NCBI GenBank assembly: GCA_008632985.1
Contig: QPGO01000060.1
Coordinates: forward strand, 372,001-436,000
Direction: 5' to 3'
Source: Psammoneis japonica
Lineage: Eukaryota
DNA: 64,000 nucleotides
In this document: piece by piece, positions 48,158-59,132 of the stretch
Position numbering within the stretch: position 1 is the first letter of the stretch
Layout of the letters: every line of letters begins with the position of its first letter
Made by a program: the position numbers and the translations under genes
Notes under the pieces: model-generated
Seen by the model: only the letters and a program-made list of their open reading frames with translations
Database searches by the model: none
Told to the model about the DNA's origin: nothing

Positions 48158-49006
48158 CTCGTATTGCTGTTGCTACAGTACAGTTTGGTTTCACAGAACA
48201 CGATTCTCTTTCGGATGTCTCGTTGTTGCTGACGGCAGTTGATCGTTTCTTTTTTTACGCGGCAAATCCACGGTGCGCACCGTTGCATGTGTTAACGTTC
48301 ATATGTGCATCGTGAATGAATATAAAATAATAACGTGTCGGAAAAAGAGGAATGACGTTAGCGAGGAATTTTGGCGATACTTCAACTGATTGGCTAAAAA
48401 AATTGACATACGTCACATACAGAAACAAAGACATCACTGCAATTGCCCCTGCAACTCATGCGCACGAAATCTCAACGGATGACGGACAGATCTTCGAGGA
48501 CCAAACGACCTTGAACCTCACCTAAAGTACCTACGGTATCATACCCTTATATGGTAAGAGTGCAATGGAAGCAATCAAGTGACGCAACATAATATGTATT
48601 ATAAAACCGACTAGTCGTAGTTCCCGCATCGCTGGTCGCTACTGCATATACTCTACGTTCTACTCATTTGCAAAGCGTGTGAACGCCAATAACTGTCCCA
48701 CTCTGAACGGTTGGCTGACGAGCGAAAAGCCCTCTTGTCAATATACTCACACATTTCACATTGAACACCGCACACAAACACACTGATCTTCATTTCGTCC
48801 CAAAAGCCTGCTGCAAGAGTCAACTTCACGATTTAAAAAGTGACTACACAAATCCCAATCCCGCGTGGTTTCGTAACAACTGTCCTGTGATTACCATGTA
48901 CGCCTATCGAGTCTCCACTCTAAATTTCAATTTTGGGTGGTACCATTGGCAAAAAGGGTCCAGTAGTGCAATAAAAGGGTCAGACACCCCACCACCAGGA
49001 CATCAA

Positions 49007-51931
49007 CTACGGCGCAACATCCTTCATGCCGCCCTTCATATCATCATCGTGACGTTTCTTGAGAAACTTTGATATTCGAGACGCCATTCCTTTAGTCTCG
49101 ATACTGTTTGTTTGCTTATGGGATTTGGCAGTCGCGTCGTTTGATGGAGGAGACTTTGGTTCTGGGGTGCCATTAATTGCCGCTGCATTTGCTTTTGCAG
49201 CTTCGTCTAGCTTTGGCGGTTTCTCTGGCTTCGCGGCTTCCTTTTTCTGCGGTGGCTCTCTCCAGAAGGTTTCAGCTCCATAAATGGGGCTCTCGGCACC
49301 AAACTCTGGAGTCAACACGTCTGGTTCGGCTTTTTCAACAACCTGTGGAAACGGATTAACATTCTTGGACATTCGCACAGAGGCCACCGCCGCAGCAACA
49401 CGTTCTTCCGTGCTCATTTGACGAAACTCCTCATTGTCCGCCATTTTCTCCATAAACAGCTTCAAGGCTGCCGCAACCTCTTCCTGCTTTTCCTTTTCAT
49501 CGAGGGGAGTGTGTGGCACCAATGAGTCCTGGCCGGTATTATCTGGCATTCGTGGTGTCAACAGCGCCTGTCCTGTTCTTCCTTCCAAAGGATCGTCGGG
49601 TTTCAAAGATGAAGCCTTTTTCTCGTTTTGTCTTGTAATATGAGGGGGTGGTCCTGTATGCTCATTCGTGTCAACCACAAACGCCTCTGGCTGCGGCGAC
49701 GCGCTCAAGCGTCGACGATCCATGACATGATTAGGCTGCATCAAACCCGTCGGCACAGTGCTACTACCTCGGCGCACCGCCGCAGCGGCATAGGCAACCC
49801 GCTGATCAAACGGGAGCCGCTGAAACTCGGCATTGTTTGCCATTTTCTGCATGAAAAAGTCCAAAGCCGCCGAAACCTCATCGTCCGAAGCGTCATCATT
49901 CCCAGGTAGATACTTTGGTTCACCGCGTCTTCCGTTTCTTGCCTCGTGCGACGCAATCCGTTGACGCACCGCGTTGGCAGCATAGGCAACGCGCTGCTCA
50001 AAACTCATTTGCTGGAATCTGCCGTCCTCTGCCATTAGCTTCATTAAATCCAACGCGGCAGCCAGCTCGTCGTCTGGGACATCAACCTGTCCATAGACAT
50101 GCTGTACACATTGTTGGGGTGGCGCTTGTGAGGCATCAAACTTTGGAGGATCGGCTGGTAAAGAGGATGCAAGATTGTGGTGCTTGGGTGGTGGCGACTT
50201 TGGAGTGTCAATAGTGTCGTCAAAGGATGGTGCATCAGGAGAGAGCGACGCGGGAAGCTTGTGTCGTACGGGCGGCGGAGGCTTTACCGTAGGTACGTCT
50301 AACCTTGGAGCATCCGCCGATAGTGACATGGGCAACTTGCGCTCTCTTGCTGGAGGCCGTTGCAACAAATGCTCAGGAACGTCACAAAGTGGTGGATCCG
50401 GCCTGAGCGACGCCGCAATCTGCAAGCCATCGCCAAATCTGGGCGCCTGCACCGTGTGCGGCATTCCGTATTCTGGTCCAGCCACATCCTGTGGTTCATA
50501 CACCACGCCGTACATTTGAGGATCCGGAGGAAACTCGGGTATCCATTCCTGCTCTTCTTGCAGGCGCTGCTGTTGGTATTGCTGTTGCTGATGATACTGT
50601 TGCTGCTGGTAGAACTGTTGCTGCTGAAACTGCTGTGGCGGCGGCGCGCGCGTGTATTGCTGATATATTTGTTGAGCAGACAAATTGTCACCCATTTTGG
50701 GAGCATCTGGTGTTAGAGACACTGGCATGGTAGGCCTATACCTCTTGGCAGTGGTTGGCGGCCCATTAATGTGCTCCTTTTGATCGCACATGGGCAAATC
50801 GGCCGACAGTCCAGCCGGCATTTCGGGTGGACGTGGCGGCTGCATTGGTGGCTGTAGTGGCGGCTGCGGTGGTTGAGAATGGTAGGCTCCGTCAAAGCGT
50901 GGATCGTGCGCCTGTTGTTGTGACTGTATGCCTCGGGCATAGACCGAATGGTCCACTCGAGATGGATCACGCCATAGAGTCGTGGGCACCCTGCGTTGCT
51001 TTGGCTGAGTAACAAAGTCCGACCGGTCAATTTTGGGCGCGTCGGGTGGAATCGACCGGTGTGCTTGCGTCGAAGAAAAGCGCTCTTGATTGTGACGAGG
51101 TTCGGGAGTCCGATGTGCCTCGTGAGGCATCCACTCTTCTGGTACAACATGGTAGTCCTTACCATTCTCGGGTCGGTACGGCGACTGTGACTCGGCCCAG
51201 TGCTTTCGAGCTGGTACAACGTTCGGATGAATTGGCTCGTCTTCATCCCTCAAGAGCCTTGGTTCATCGTGTTGAATCGTGGGGGTCTTTGGCAAGTTGC
51301 GTCCGCCACCACCCGTGCCATTGCGGTGCAACTGATTCCACCGATTGTACATGGCATCACCAGCCTTGTGCGCCCATTCGGGAACCTTGTACTCAGCTTC
51401 CACCTTTGGTGGCTTGGGAATGTCTTCGTCTTCGTCGTCGTCTTCTTTCATGACGGGTATCGGCACGGGTGCGGGTGCCGGAGGAGGCGTGTACTCGACC
51501 GTAAGCGGAGGGTCATCCTCGCCTGAAATCACAGACATTTGTGCGTCTTCCGCCATGGCCATTTGAACCCACTCAGGCAGGTTGGGATCAATTTCAGGCA
51601 TGACTGGAACCTTATTTCCCTTGTCTTCCTCAGAGATGATGGCGGTGCCACCGTTAATCTCAATGTCATGGCGCGGAGGAGGATCGGCAGACAACACATC
51701 ATGGTTTTGCTTTTCAATATCGTCGGCTTTCGAAACATAATCGGCAGCCATTCTCTGAATCCAATCGGGAATGTCTTCACCCTCTGGTTGAGGATGATTT
51801 CCCGAAAGAGAATCGGCATAGGTTCCGAGAAAGAAGCAGCTCCTTGTACGGCATGATAGCGATGACGGTACAAAAGCGTGTGATGTCGGAAGCAGAAGGA
51901 GGACTGAAAGTGCGTACGACCACCGGCCCAT
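49007..51931 (-). CDS. Probable plastid-targeted, intrinsically disordered repeat protein (974 aa), related to the adjacent gene
   Basis: Same first 10 residues (MGRWSYALSV), SHAFVP motif, repeated SLxxDxP motifs and three copies of a 36-aa helical motif. Confidence 0.8.
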   Translation of the reverse strand: MGRWSYALSVLLLLPTSHAFVPSSLSCRTRSCFFLGTYADSLSGNHPQPEGEDIPDWIQRMAADYVSKADDIEKQNHDVLSADPPPRHDIEINGGTAIISEEDKGNKVPVMPEIDPNLPEWVQMAMAEDAQMSVISGEDDPPLTVEYTPPPAPAPVPIPVMKEDDDEDEDIPKPPKVEAEYKVPEWAHKAGDAMYNRWNQLHRNGTGGGGRNLPKTPTIQHDEPRLLRDEDEPIHPNVVPARKHWAESQSPYRPENGKDYHVVPEEWMPHEAHRTPEPRHNQERFSSTQAHRSIPPDAPKIDRSDFVTQPKQRRVPTTLWRDPSRVDHSVYARGIQSQQQAHDPRFDGAYHSQPPQPPLQPPMQPPRPPEMPAGLSADLPMCDQKEHINGPPTTAKRYRPTMPVSLTPDAPKMGDNLSAQQIYQQYTRAPPPQQFQQQQFYQQQQYHQQQQYQQQRLQEEQEWIPEFPPDPQMYGVVYEPQDVAGPEYGMPHTVQAPRFGDGLQIAASLRPDPPLCDVPEHLLQRPPARERKLPMSLSADAPRLDVPTVKPPPPVRHKLPASLSPDAPSFDDTIDTPKSPPPKHHNLASSLPADPPKFDASQAPPQQCVQHVYGQVDVPDDELAAALDLMKLMAEDGRFQQMSFEQRVAYAANAVRQRIASHEARNGRRGEPKYLPGNDDASDDEVSAALDFFMQKMANNAEFQRLPFDQRVAYAAAAVRRGSSTVPTGLMQPNHVMDRRRLSASPQPEAFVVDTNEHTGPPPHITRQNEKKASSLKPDDPLEGRTGQALLTPRMPDNTGQDSLVPHTPLDEKEKQEEVAAALKLFMEKMADNEEFRQMSTEERVAAAVASVRMSKNVNPFPQVVEKAEPDVLTPEFGAESPIYGAETFWREPPQKKEAAKPEKPPKLDEAAKANAAAINGTPEPKSPPSNDATAKSHKQTNSIETKGMASRISKFLKKRHDDDMKGGMKDVAP

Positions 51932-52437
51932 CTTTTTGTACTGGATTTTTTTCGAGCTGCCTTTTTCTCAATCGGATAAACTACAGAAAGCGTTTTGCTG
52001 CTGCTTGTATGGCGTGTTGTTTTGTTGTTCTAATGACGGCTTTCGCCCATGAGCAAGAACGTAAACAACGTGATGATTGTAGAACAACCCATCACGGCTT
52101 CAACGGATGCCATACCGATATCGCTAAATTTTTGGTACCAGGATTGCGTAGAATCTACACTGTTTCCCGCGCGAAAATCTTTTTTGCGATGACTGAATAT
52201 ATTTTATGGAACAGCATGAGGGGTGTTCCCGCCATCTGCTCCTTTGCGTAGAATTTGTACCACGCCCCACAGAAGCCCGCCTTTCCCAAACTTTTCTCGC
52301 GCGTTTCCCGTCGATGGAATCGGTGAACGCACCTGACACGACGAACGACGACCCTCTCTGTCCCTTCGCTCACATCACGACTTTTTTGTGGCGATATACC
52401 ATTCAAGTAACACGTGTATCACCCTTCACCTGTCGCT

Positions 52438-53124
52438 ATGAGTGAATCCGGTACGACAAAGCGCGTTGTGGACGACCAAGACAATGGTAGTCCCGAGAAA
52501 AAGAGGCGTGTGGACGCAACCAGTTCCGCCGAGTCTGAACCTGACACCACTTGGTCTCTCGATATCCATCGAGAGTTTGTGAGGGGCATTTACGATGCAG
52601 GCATGAAACACTGTTCCCCAGCTGTCATTTTGGAAAACATGACGAATGAACACAAGAACGAATTGACGACGGAACGAATCAAGTCTCATTTGCAAAAATA
52701 CCGAAAACGCAAAAACAAGACCGAGGAAGAATTTGTGGATTCCTATCAAACATGGATCGAACAGCATGTCAATGCGCCGTTCATACCCAAATCGACACGA
52801 GAAAACCTGTCCAGTGGTGAGCGCGCTGGTTTCTTGACGTACATGACCCTGTGTGAACAGCAGAAAAGAAATCATCCTACACAACCAACGCAGAGGCAAC
52901 AGCATCCACAGCAACAACAACAACAGGGCACAATTCTTCACGCCACCAACCATAATAATCCAACCGTACAGATTCCAACCTTGACACTGGAGGAAATGCA
53001 AACACCCCTGGGAGAATCCATAATGCTTGTTTCGCGGCTACTTACATCCATGTCGAATCATGTGGCTGAAGAACGGGCACGGCGGCGACCACCACCACCC
53101 AACAACGGTTCAAACCCAACGTGA
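52438..53124 (+). CDS. Myb-like GARP/SHAQKYF-class transcription factor
   Basis: WSLDIHREFVRGI...SPAVILENM...LTTERIKSHLQKYR, followed by a Q-rich region. Confidence 0.9.
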   Translation: MSESGTTKRVVDDQDNGSPEKKRRVDATSSAESEPDTTWSLDIHREFVRGIYDAGMKHCSPAVILENMTNEHKNELTTERIKSHLQKYRKRKNKTEEEFVDSYQTWIEQHVNAPFIPKSTRENLSSGERAGFLTYMTLCEQQKRNHPTQPTQRQQHPQQQQQQGTILHATNHNNPTVQIPTLTLEEMQTPLGESIMLVSRLLTSMSNHVAEERARRRPPPPNNGSNPT

Positions 53125-53452
53125 GCATGCTGCAATGGGCAGAGAGCGATAACGTAGGGAAAGAGTGGTACGTTTAAGTTTACAAGGACTTTTGAAACAT
53201 CAAATGCGACCCCTCGTTGCTCAACATTTCGATGCCTGCCCCATCCCTTATTTAGATTTTATCGATCGAAAATAAAACATAACATCGATCTACAGTTCAC
53301 CGTTTGTCATTCCCCCGGAACACGTGTGGCGGTCCGTCCGACGACGTGGCAATGACGCATGCACGCAACGCGAAACGCGAAGCGACTTCATCTTCATGAC
53401 GACGACTCGAGCAAAGATACAGCGACAATAATAACATGCTGTAGCCGTCGCG

Positions 53453-54751
53453 ATGGGATCCCAAAACGCTGGTGCCTCTGACTCTAGTCAACCATCGACA
53501 AAAAAGGAGCGTAAGAAGCAGGCAGCAGCTCGGAATGCCGTCAAGACCGATCTGACAGCTCTGCAATTGGCACCGACAGAAGACACCACAGACAGTTTCT
53601 TCTTGCCAGAGCAATTATTGCCGCCTCACATTCAATACGCAGACGACAAGGACGAGTTTCGTGATTCTGTCACGTGGAGATTTCATTCTGTGGCCGGTTA
53701 TATATTTCATTGGAAAGGGACTGTGACTCAGTACAGTTGGCCCAAGCTCATTCTGTATGCCATTTACGTTGCGATCGTTTGCATTATAGCGATTGTCAAT
53801 TGTCCCGAGGAGGAGCAACTAGCGGATCCTTATGATGCCCCGTTTCGATGTCGGATTGGGTACGAATACACAGACTTTATCGGTGAATCGGTTCTGATTT
53901 GGTTTGCATTTTCCGCATTTCTCTTTCAGAGTTTTGTCAATGCCGGTTTAAGGCGATTTGACAAAACGTTGACTCTTGTTCGTCGCGTGCAGGGCCGGTA
54001 TCACGAGTTGGGATTGCTCTTGCATTCGCATGCGCTACCACCCGCCAGGCATACGCTTGTTGTGATTCGCCGATACATGTTGGCCATGGTATATCTCTTG
54101 TTTGACGATCCAGTCTACGGTCCTGTCAATGGCGAATTCTTGCCATTGGTATCAAAGATACTGGAACCGGAAGAGTACGAAACGATCAGAAACATTAAGA
54201 AGCCGTCAGACCGAGCTCATGCAGTCATGACTTGGATTCTCTCTCTTTGTGAATCCGCAATCAATGCAGATTGCAGCAATGGTCAAGAGCCTCTCTTTCA
54301 AGATACAAACGGTACACTCGGGTTTCAGATCGCTCGGTGCCTGGAAACTCTGCGAGCAACTGTTGGAAGTTTAACAGACAGCTTGGATGACGCCATGCTA
54401 CCATTTCCCTTTTCCCATTTGATCATTTGCAATATTTATCTGGAATTCGCTGTGCTTCCATGGGCCTCGATGGGTCATCTTGGATACTGTATGATTCTTG
54501 TTGCCACTATTTACTTTTGGTTCTTGGATGGTATGATCACGTTTGTCTTTCTTGTCGATGATCCCTTTGTGAGCAAAATGGGTGGAAGGAAGATTGAGCC
54601 ACTGATTGACATTCACAAAATTATTGCAGAAATAGCCAGTGCCTTGCCGCGGCGATATCCAACTGCGTATGCGACGAAACCAAGGTCGTGCTTGGAAATT
54701 ATCAGGAGTCCTCCTACAACTCCTGTGGGAGAAAAGGCGAAACCTTACTAG
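53453..54751 (+). CDS. Bestrophin-family anion channel
   Basis: Four hydrophobic segments in bestrophin spacing; FLFQSFVNAGLRRF, LPFPFSHLI and VDDPF motifs. No obvious plastid presequence. Confidence 0.75.
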   Translation: MGSQNAGASDSSQPSTKKERKKQAAARNAVKTDLTALQLAPTEDTTDSFFLPEQLLPPHIQYADDKDEFRDSVTWRFHSVAGYIFHWKGTVTQYSWPKLILYAIYVAIVCIIAIVNCPEEEQLADPYDAPFRCRIGYEYTDFIGESVLIWFAFSAFLFQSFVNAGLRRFDKTLTLVRRVQGRYHELGLLLHSHALPPARHTLVVIRRYMLAMVYLLFDDPVYGPVNGEFLPLVSKILEPEEYETIRNIKKPSDRAHAVMTWILSLCESAINADCSNGQEPLFQDTNGTLGFQIARCLETLRATVGSLTDSLDDAMLPFPFSHLIICNIYLEFAVLPWASMGHLGYCMILVATIYFWFLDGMITFVFLVDDPFVSKMGGRKIEPLIDIHKIIAEIASALPRRYPTAYATKPRSCLEIIRSPPTTPVGEKAKPY

Positions 54752-55205
54752 GTCGATGGCAGGAGGCTTCGCAATCGTTATCAGATGATAGAGCAACACA
54801 CCCGCTCAAGACAACTCAGTGGGACTGTTTGGAGTGATTTGTTGGCCGCAAAATTAAACCGTGTAGCACGAAGAATCCACAAGACCCTACCTACTAGGTA
54901 CCAGCAGTGGCGGCTGTTGTTACACAGCCAATAAGTTTCGAAAAATAGTTTGCAAGCGTGAGAATTTATTTTGTTTGTCTTTTCTGCTGTAGTCTCCAGG
55001 AAATCGGCATCTGCAATGTGGTGCAGTCTGAGCGACTCTCTCCATTGCCCGCCCATTGCCCATCACATAGAGTTAAAATAAAGATACGATAATGTAGCTT
55101 TGTAATGCAAGAGCGGTTGTTCAGTGGTTGTAATAGGCTTTATGCTGCAAAGAAGGCTCCTCAAGAGAAATTTAAATTATGGCCACAAACTCACATCGAC
55201 TGCTG

Positions 55206-56825
55206 TTATAAGCGTCTCTGGGCCTTCGAACCACTAATTTTTTTTAACACATGTGACCTACCGAGCAGAGCAGGTAGTGTTAATACATTTTTGGTCAGCA
55301 CCTCGGTCTCGCATGAGGCGACACTTCCTCTACATGTACTGTACCACCAATCGCCACAATCTACTTCAAAGGAACGGATCTCATTAATCAGAATAGCTAT
55401 CCATGCTCCAAGAAATGCAAAAGCAACAAGCAAACATGAAAGCCCGACCCAAAATGAAAGGCGCCTGATAACTATGTGGAAGCCGTTGACTTTGACATAT
55501 CTCCATCGTTCCTTCTCGATTTCAGATCCTGGCTTGATTTTGTGACCCGGCGTAACAGCCAAATACCGCAGGAACCAGCAAAGGGTGAACCATGGATTTC
55601 CTTTTCGATGCACACCGAAGTGACATCGCCCAATCTCTCGAGCGCAGAACTTACAAAACGGCTTACCCCCGACTTTCTCTAGAATATGGAAATAAGCGTC
55701 AAGCTTAGCGTCGATCAGCTTATGAAAAGAGTCGCCGCGGATCATATTTCGCACGAGAGTTTCAAAGATCTGCAGTGTAGAAAAAATACCAAGGATGATG
55801 CCGAGTATGGGGAGGACAATCAGCAGAGGCGAGTAATGGTCCGGTTGTACACCTGCTGCAAGTCCCACGGTAGCACCATAGAGAAAAGATTGTGCGGCAA
55901 GCGCCCAATTGAAGCGTTCGCCGACCATGATGCTCAGTTCGCTGCTCAAAGTATGGAATTCTGGTGTCCGAAGGAATATCCGGACTGTACTAATCTCAGG
56001 ATGCCAGAATTTCTCCATGTAGCCGTTTTCGCCTGCTGTCTTGGTTGCGAGCTCATAGAAATGTCTTGCCGCCGAAAGATTCTGATCTATCTTCTCACTA
56101 CAGTCATCACAGCCTTGCTCATAGACAGAGCCAATGACAAAATAGGCTAGAAGCCCCATGCCTCCAAAAGCTGCCCTGTGGAGAAACTGCATACCTTTCG
56201 AGACATTGCGCACTACTCCTCCCCTACCATACACAAGCGCCTCGCCATGGAGCAATTCACACTCGTGCACCATCAGAGGACTGCAGTTTGCACATATTTT
56301 GAGGAAGCGCATGGCAGCATCGTCGTTCCTGTACTTGAGAGCTGTCATCAAACGAATTGCAAGGTTTGTCATTGCGAGAATTTGGGTCGTTTCATTCTTC
56401 CATTTGTGCTCTAATCGGGATCGCATCGCTTGGCGTGCCTGCTCAGGGCTACAGTTTTCCGGTGCATCTATCACATCGTCACTCCGCTGGTGAATCGGGA
56501 CGCGTGGGTCGTCCTTTCTCAATTCCTTAATGCATTCGACGTAAAGAGGCACAGCCTTGTCTGAATGTTCTGGTTTAGTGTCTATTGCCGCCTTCAAAAA
56601 AAGGTCATATGCGTCTAGACCTGCAACGCGCATCGACTGGTCAGAACTTTGCCAGGCTTTCATCTCGGGGTGCCTACTGATCAAATCGATTAACTCGTCG
56701 ATCTCAGCAGACTTCTTTGCAATGCTTCTTGCCAGTCTTTCTTCGTCCAAATCCTCGGTCGATCGTGAATCTGGCTCTTGGAGCATGACGTCGGAGAAAC
56801 AGCTACGATTCGTCGGCGGGGGCAT
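55206..56825 (-). CDS. Sel1-like repeat membrane protein
   Basis: GEALVYGRGGVVRNVSKGMQFLHRAAFGG and AYFVIGSVYEQG..QNLSAARHFYELA, followed by about 3 hydrophobic segments. Start codon uncertain. Confidence 0.7.
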   Translation of the reverse strand: MPPPTNRSCFSDVMLQEPDSRSTEDLDEERLARSIAKKSAEIDELIDLISRHPEMKAWQSSDQSMRVAGLDAYDLFLKAAIDTKPEHSDKAVPLYVECIKELRKDDPRVPIHQRSDDVIDAPENCSPEQARQAMRSRLEHKWKNETTQILAMTNLAIRLMTALKYRNDDAAMRFLKICANCSPLMVHECELLHGEALVYGRGGVVRNVSKGMQFLHRAAFGGMGLLAYFVIGSVYEQGCDDCSEKIDQNLSAARHFYELATKTAGENGYMEKFWHPEISTVRIFLRTPEFHTLSSELSIMVGERFNWALAAQSFLYGATVGLAAGVQPDHYSPLLIVLPILGIILGIFSTLQIFETLVRNMIRGDSFHKLIDAKLDAYFHILEKVGGKPFCKFCAREIGRCHFGVHRKGNPWFTLCWFLRYLAVTPGHKIKPGSEIEKERWRYVKVNGFHIVIRRLSFWVGLSCLLVAFAFLGAWIAILINEIRSFEVDCGDWWYSTCRGSVASCETEVLTKNVLTLPALLGRSHVLKKISGSKAQRRL

Positions 56826-57476
56826 GATGAATTTCAATAATCTTCTTAGTCAGTGATATGATTGATAATGGCCAACTTGATGTCGATGTCAAGAACCAAA
56901 ATAAACGAGAACCTTCAGTGTTGGGCGTTCAGTCGTGACACCTTTGGAGGGATGTTTGCATCAATCTGCGCTGTGCATTTCAAATTTTTGACACAGAAAT
57001 TGTTTCCAAATAATGATGGCTTAGCAGCCACGCTCACAAGGATTCTTTGAGTCCTTCCATCCATCTGCCACCAATGGTGACTCCATTGTCGTTTCCCACA
57101 GTCCAGTCCGCTCTACCGTAGAGGGCTTTGGATACCCGCAATTTTCCTGATCGTATGTACACCCATGGCCCAAACACCTAATCGTTCACGCGCAGTATCG
57201 CGCAGTGCGGGGCCCCGCTCCGCTCCGTGGGGTTGCGTTTTTTTGGGTTTTCTCCCTACCGAACGGCAAACGCAAACGGCACTCTACCTTCTATGGATGC
57301 CACTCTTCCCTCTTCCTCTTCACATGCTCTGCCGGTAGAGAGTGTTGTTGTACTATTTCCTCAAGCTGCTTGTGAGTCGATTACCCTTCCAGTGATTAAA
57401 GGATTTTTGTAATTTAGGCTACTGCGATAGATCAAGAAGTGTCCGTCATATTGCAGCCCACCTCGTTTAGCCCAGT

Positions 57477-58394
57477 ATGAACAATCATTCTCGTCGTCGG
57501 CGGCGGCGCTGTTGCACCTTTTACGACATGAAGCACTCCAATAATGCGGCAAGGATACGGCTCTGGCTTCGAATGAATCAAAACGCGATTCAGTCATGTG
57601 AAGATTCTGGAGACTTGGTGATAAAGACATTAATGTTGACTCATGCCGACATTGAAGCAGACAGTTACGGACAAGTCAATCCACTGAAAAAGGTTCCTGC
57701 GCTTGTGGTGGAGATGGAAGACGATGCTGGCGAAACGACAAAGAAAAGCAATCTACATCTATTTGAAGCCTCGGTTATTATCGCATACCTTGAGGATGTA
57801 GTTCCAAATTCAGTGTTCAAAATGAGTGAGGACAACTACTCAACACCCGAGGATCGTGCACTGTTATCTTTGATTGTTCGATGTCATGATTTGTACGTTT
57901 CAAGTCCAAACTGTACCCAACCAAACTTTTCACATACCCAGGGATGCATGTATCTTGACCCCATGCCAACACCCTTTACGCCCGCAAGACGGATCATGGA
58001 CACCAAAACACGAGCTGCCAAATTGGCCGAGCTACACCAGCAACTGCGTTGGTTGGAAAACACGGCAAGGTTCATGCCATATTTATGCGGCGAGCAAGTT
58101 TCGCACGCCGATTTAACTTGGTTCCCAACGGCCGTGTTTATGGAACTGCTCCTCCCCAAGGTATTTGATTGGACGCCGATATTTTCTGTTCTCGACACGG
58201 ATGGCAGCGAGACGTCCTCGGAGTTTCCAAAACTTGCGAGCTGGTTCAAAACGTGCATGGAAAATCCGCACTTTGCTCAGACTCGGCGTGAGATTCGTGA
58301 TACCCTTATAGATCAAGCAGAACGAGGCAGATTTGCTGGTGTTAGAAATGACGTGAAGGCCCATTGGAATGACTACAAGTGGAAGTATATTTGA
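57477..58394 (+). CDS. Glutathione S-transferase family protein
   Basis: SNNAARIRLWL, VNPLKKVPAL, LFEASVIIAYLED and PYLCGEQVSHADL. Start uncertain. Confidence 0.88.
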   Translation: MNNHSRRRRRRCCTFYDMKHSNNAARIRLWLRMNQNAIQSCEDSGDLVIKTLMLTHADIEADSYGQVNPLKKVPALVVEMEDDAGETTKKSNLHLFEASVIIAYLEDVVPNSVFKMSEDNYSTPEDRALLSLIVRCHDLYVSSPNCTQPNFSHTQGCMYLDPMPTPFTPARRIMDTKTRAAKLAELHQQLRWLENTARFMPYLCGEQVSHADLTWFPTAVFMELLLPKVFDWTPIFSVLDTDGSETSSEFPKLASWFKTCMENPHFAQTRREIRDTLIDQAERGRFAGVRNDVKAHWNDYKWKYI

Positions 58395-58510
58395 AGTTTG
58401 CAAATGTGCTACTCGACGGGAGAACCCTAAGAACATAGGGCTAGATAGATTGCCCTTTGTACCCAGATCTGTAGAGAAACGAAACCTTCTTATCTAGCTA
58501 GCAAGAAACG

Positions 58511-58972
58511 ATGAAGCTTCCACACTCTACACATGAGATCAAGTTAGACTTCCGAGAACCTCATAGTATCCAGATCAATGATGGCCATTGGCATGAAGAG
58601 GCTGAGCTGCAGTCTGACTTGATTAATGATCCTATTCTTCCATATACAAAGCTCGTTGCCAGGGAATGCTTGGTTGACCCCCTTATGAGTTCGTGCATTG
58701 GTCGTGGAGATCTTGTGTTTAAGCGTCCTGGTTTTGAAGAGTATCTTGTGGTTGAGACCAAGTTTCTTAACCAAGCAACCGGGAAAACTGCAAGAACCTC
58801 GCGGACTAAAGCTCGAAAGAAGGTACTCGAACAAGCCCTTCACTATGGCAAGAAGTGGAGTCTGGCACATCCTGATGCGTGGGTGGAGGCCGCTACGTGT
58901 ACGAACGAGCGAGAGGGGCTGGCTTGTAGAGTCGTCGCCTTGTTCCGCTCTGGTTCATGCTGCATTCCATGA
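58511..58972 (+). CDS. Small PD-(D/E)xK restriction-endonuclease-fold protein
   Basis: ARE...GRGDLVF...YLVVETK...QALHYG gives an E, D, ExK, QxxxY arrangement. Confidence 0.6.
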   Translation: MKLPHSTHEIKLDFREPHSIQINDGHWHEEAELQSDLINDPILPYTKLVARECLVDPLMSSCIGRGDLVFKRPGFEEYLVVETKFLNQATGKTARTSRTKARKKVLEQALHYGKKWSLAHPDAWVEAATCTNEREGLACRVVALFRSGSCCIP

Positions 58973-59132
58973 TGGCGGTTCTGCTCTGAGAGCCGTTACG
59001 TTACTGCAAGTGTGAGCGTGAATTTGCAAGATTCGTATATAGCTAGTAGCTATTGTTATGCATTATACTAAGTCGTCTTTGCTTTAACTTCCGCAAATAA
59101 TATACCCCAGTCCCGACCACACTTTAAAGTGG

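Noticed and set aside
44489..54751. Carbon-concentrating-mechanism gene cluster (linker candidates plus bestrophin)
   Set aside because: The bestrophin lacks a visible plastid presequence, so linkage to thylakoid bestrophins is unsupported.
463..58972. Bacterial restriction-modification system (C5-MTase plus REase-fold genes)
   Set aside because: The genes are tens of kb apart in an intron-containing eukaryotic context, and the MTase is RID-like.
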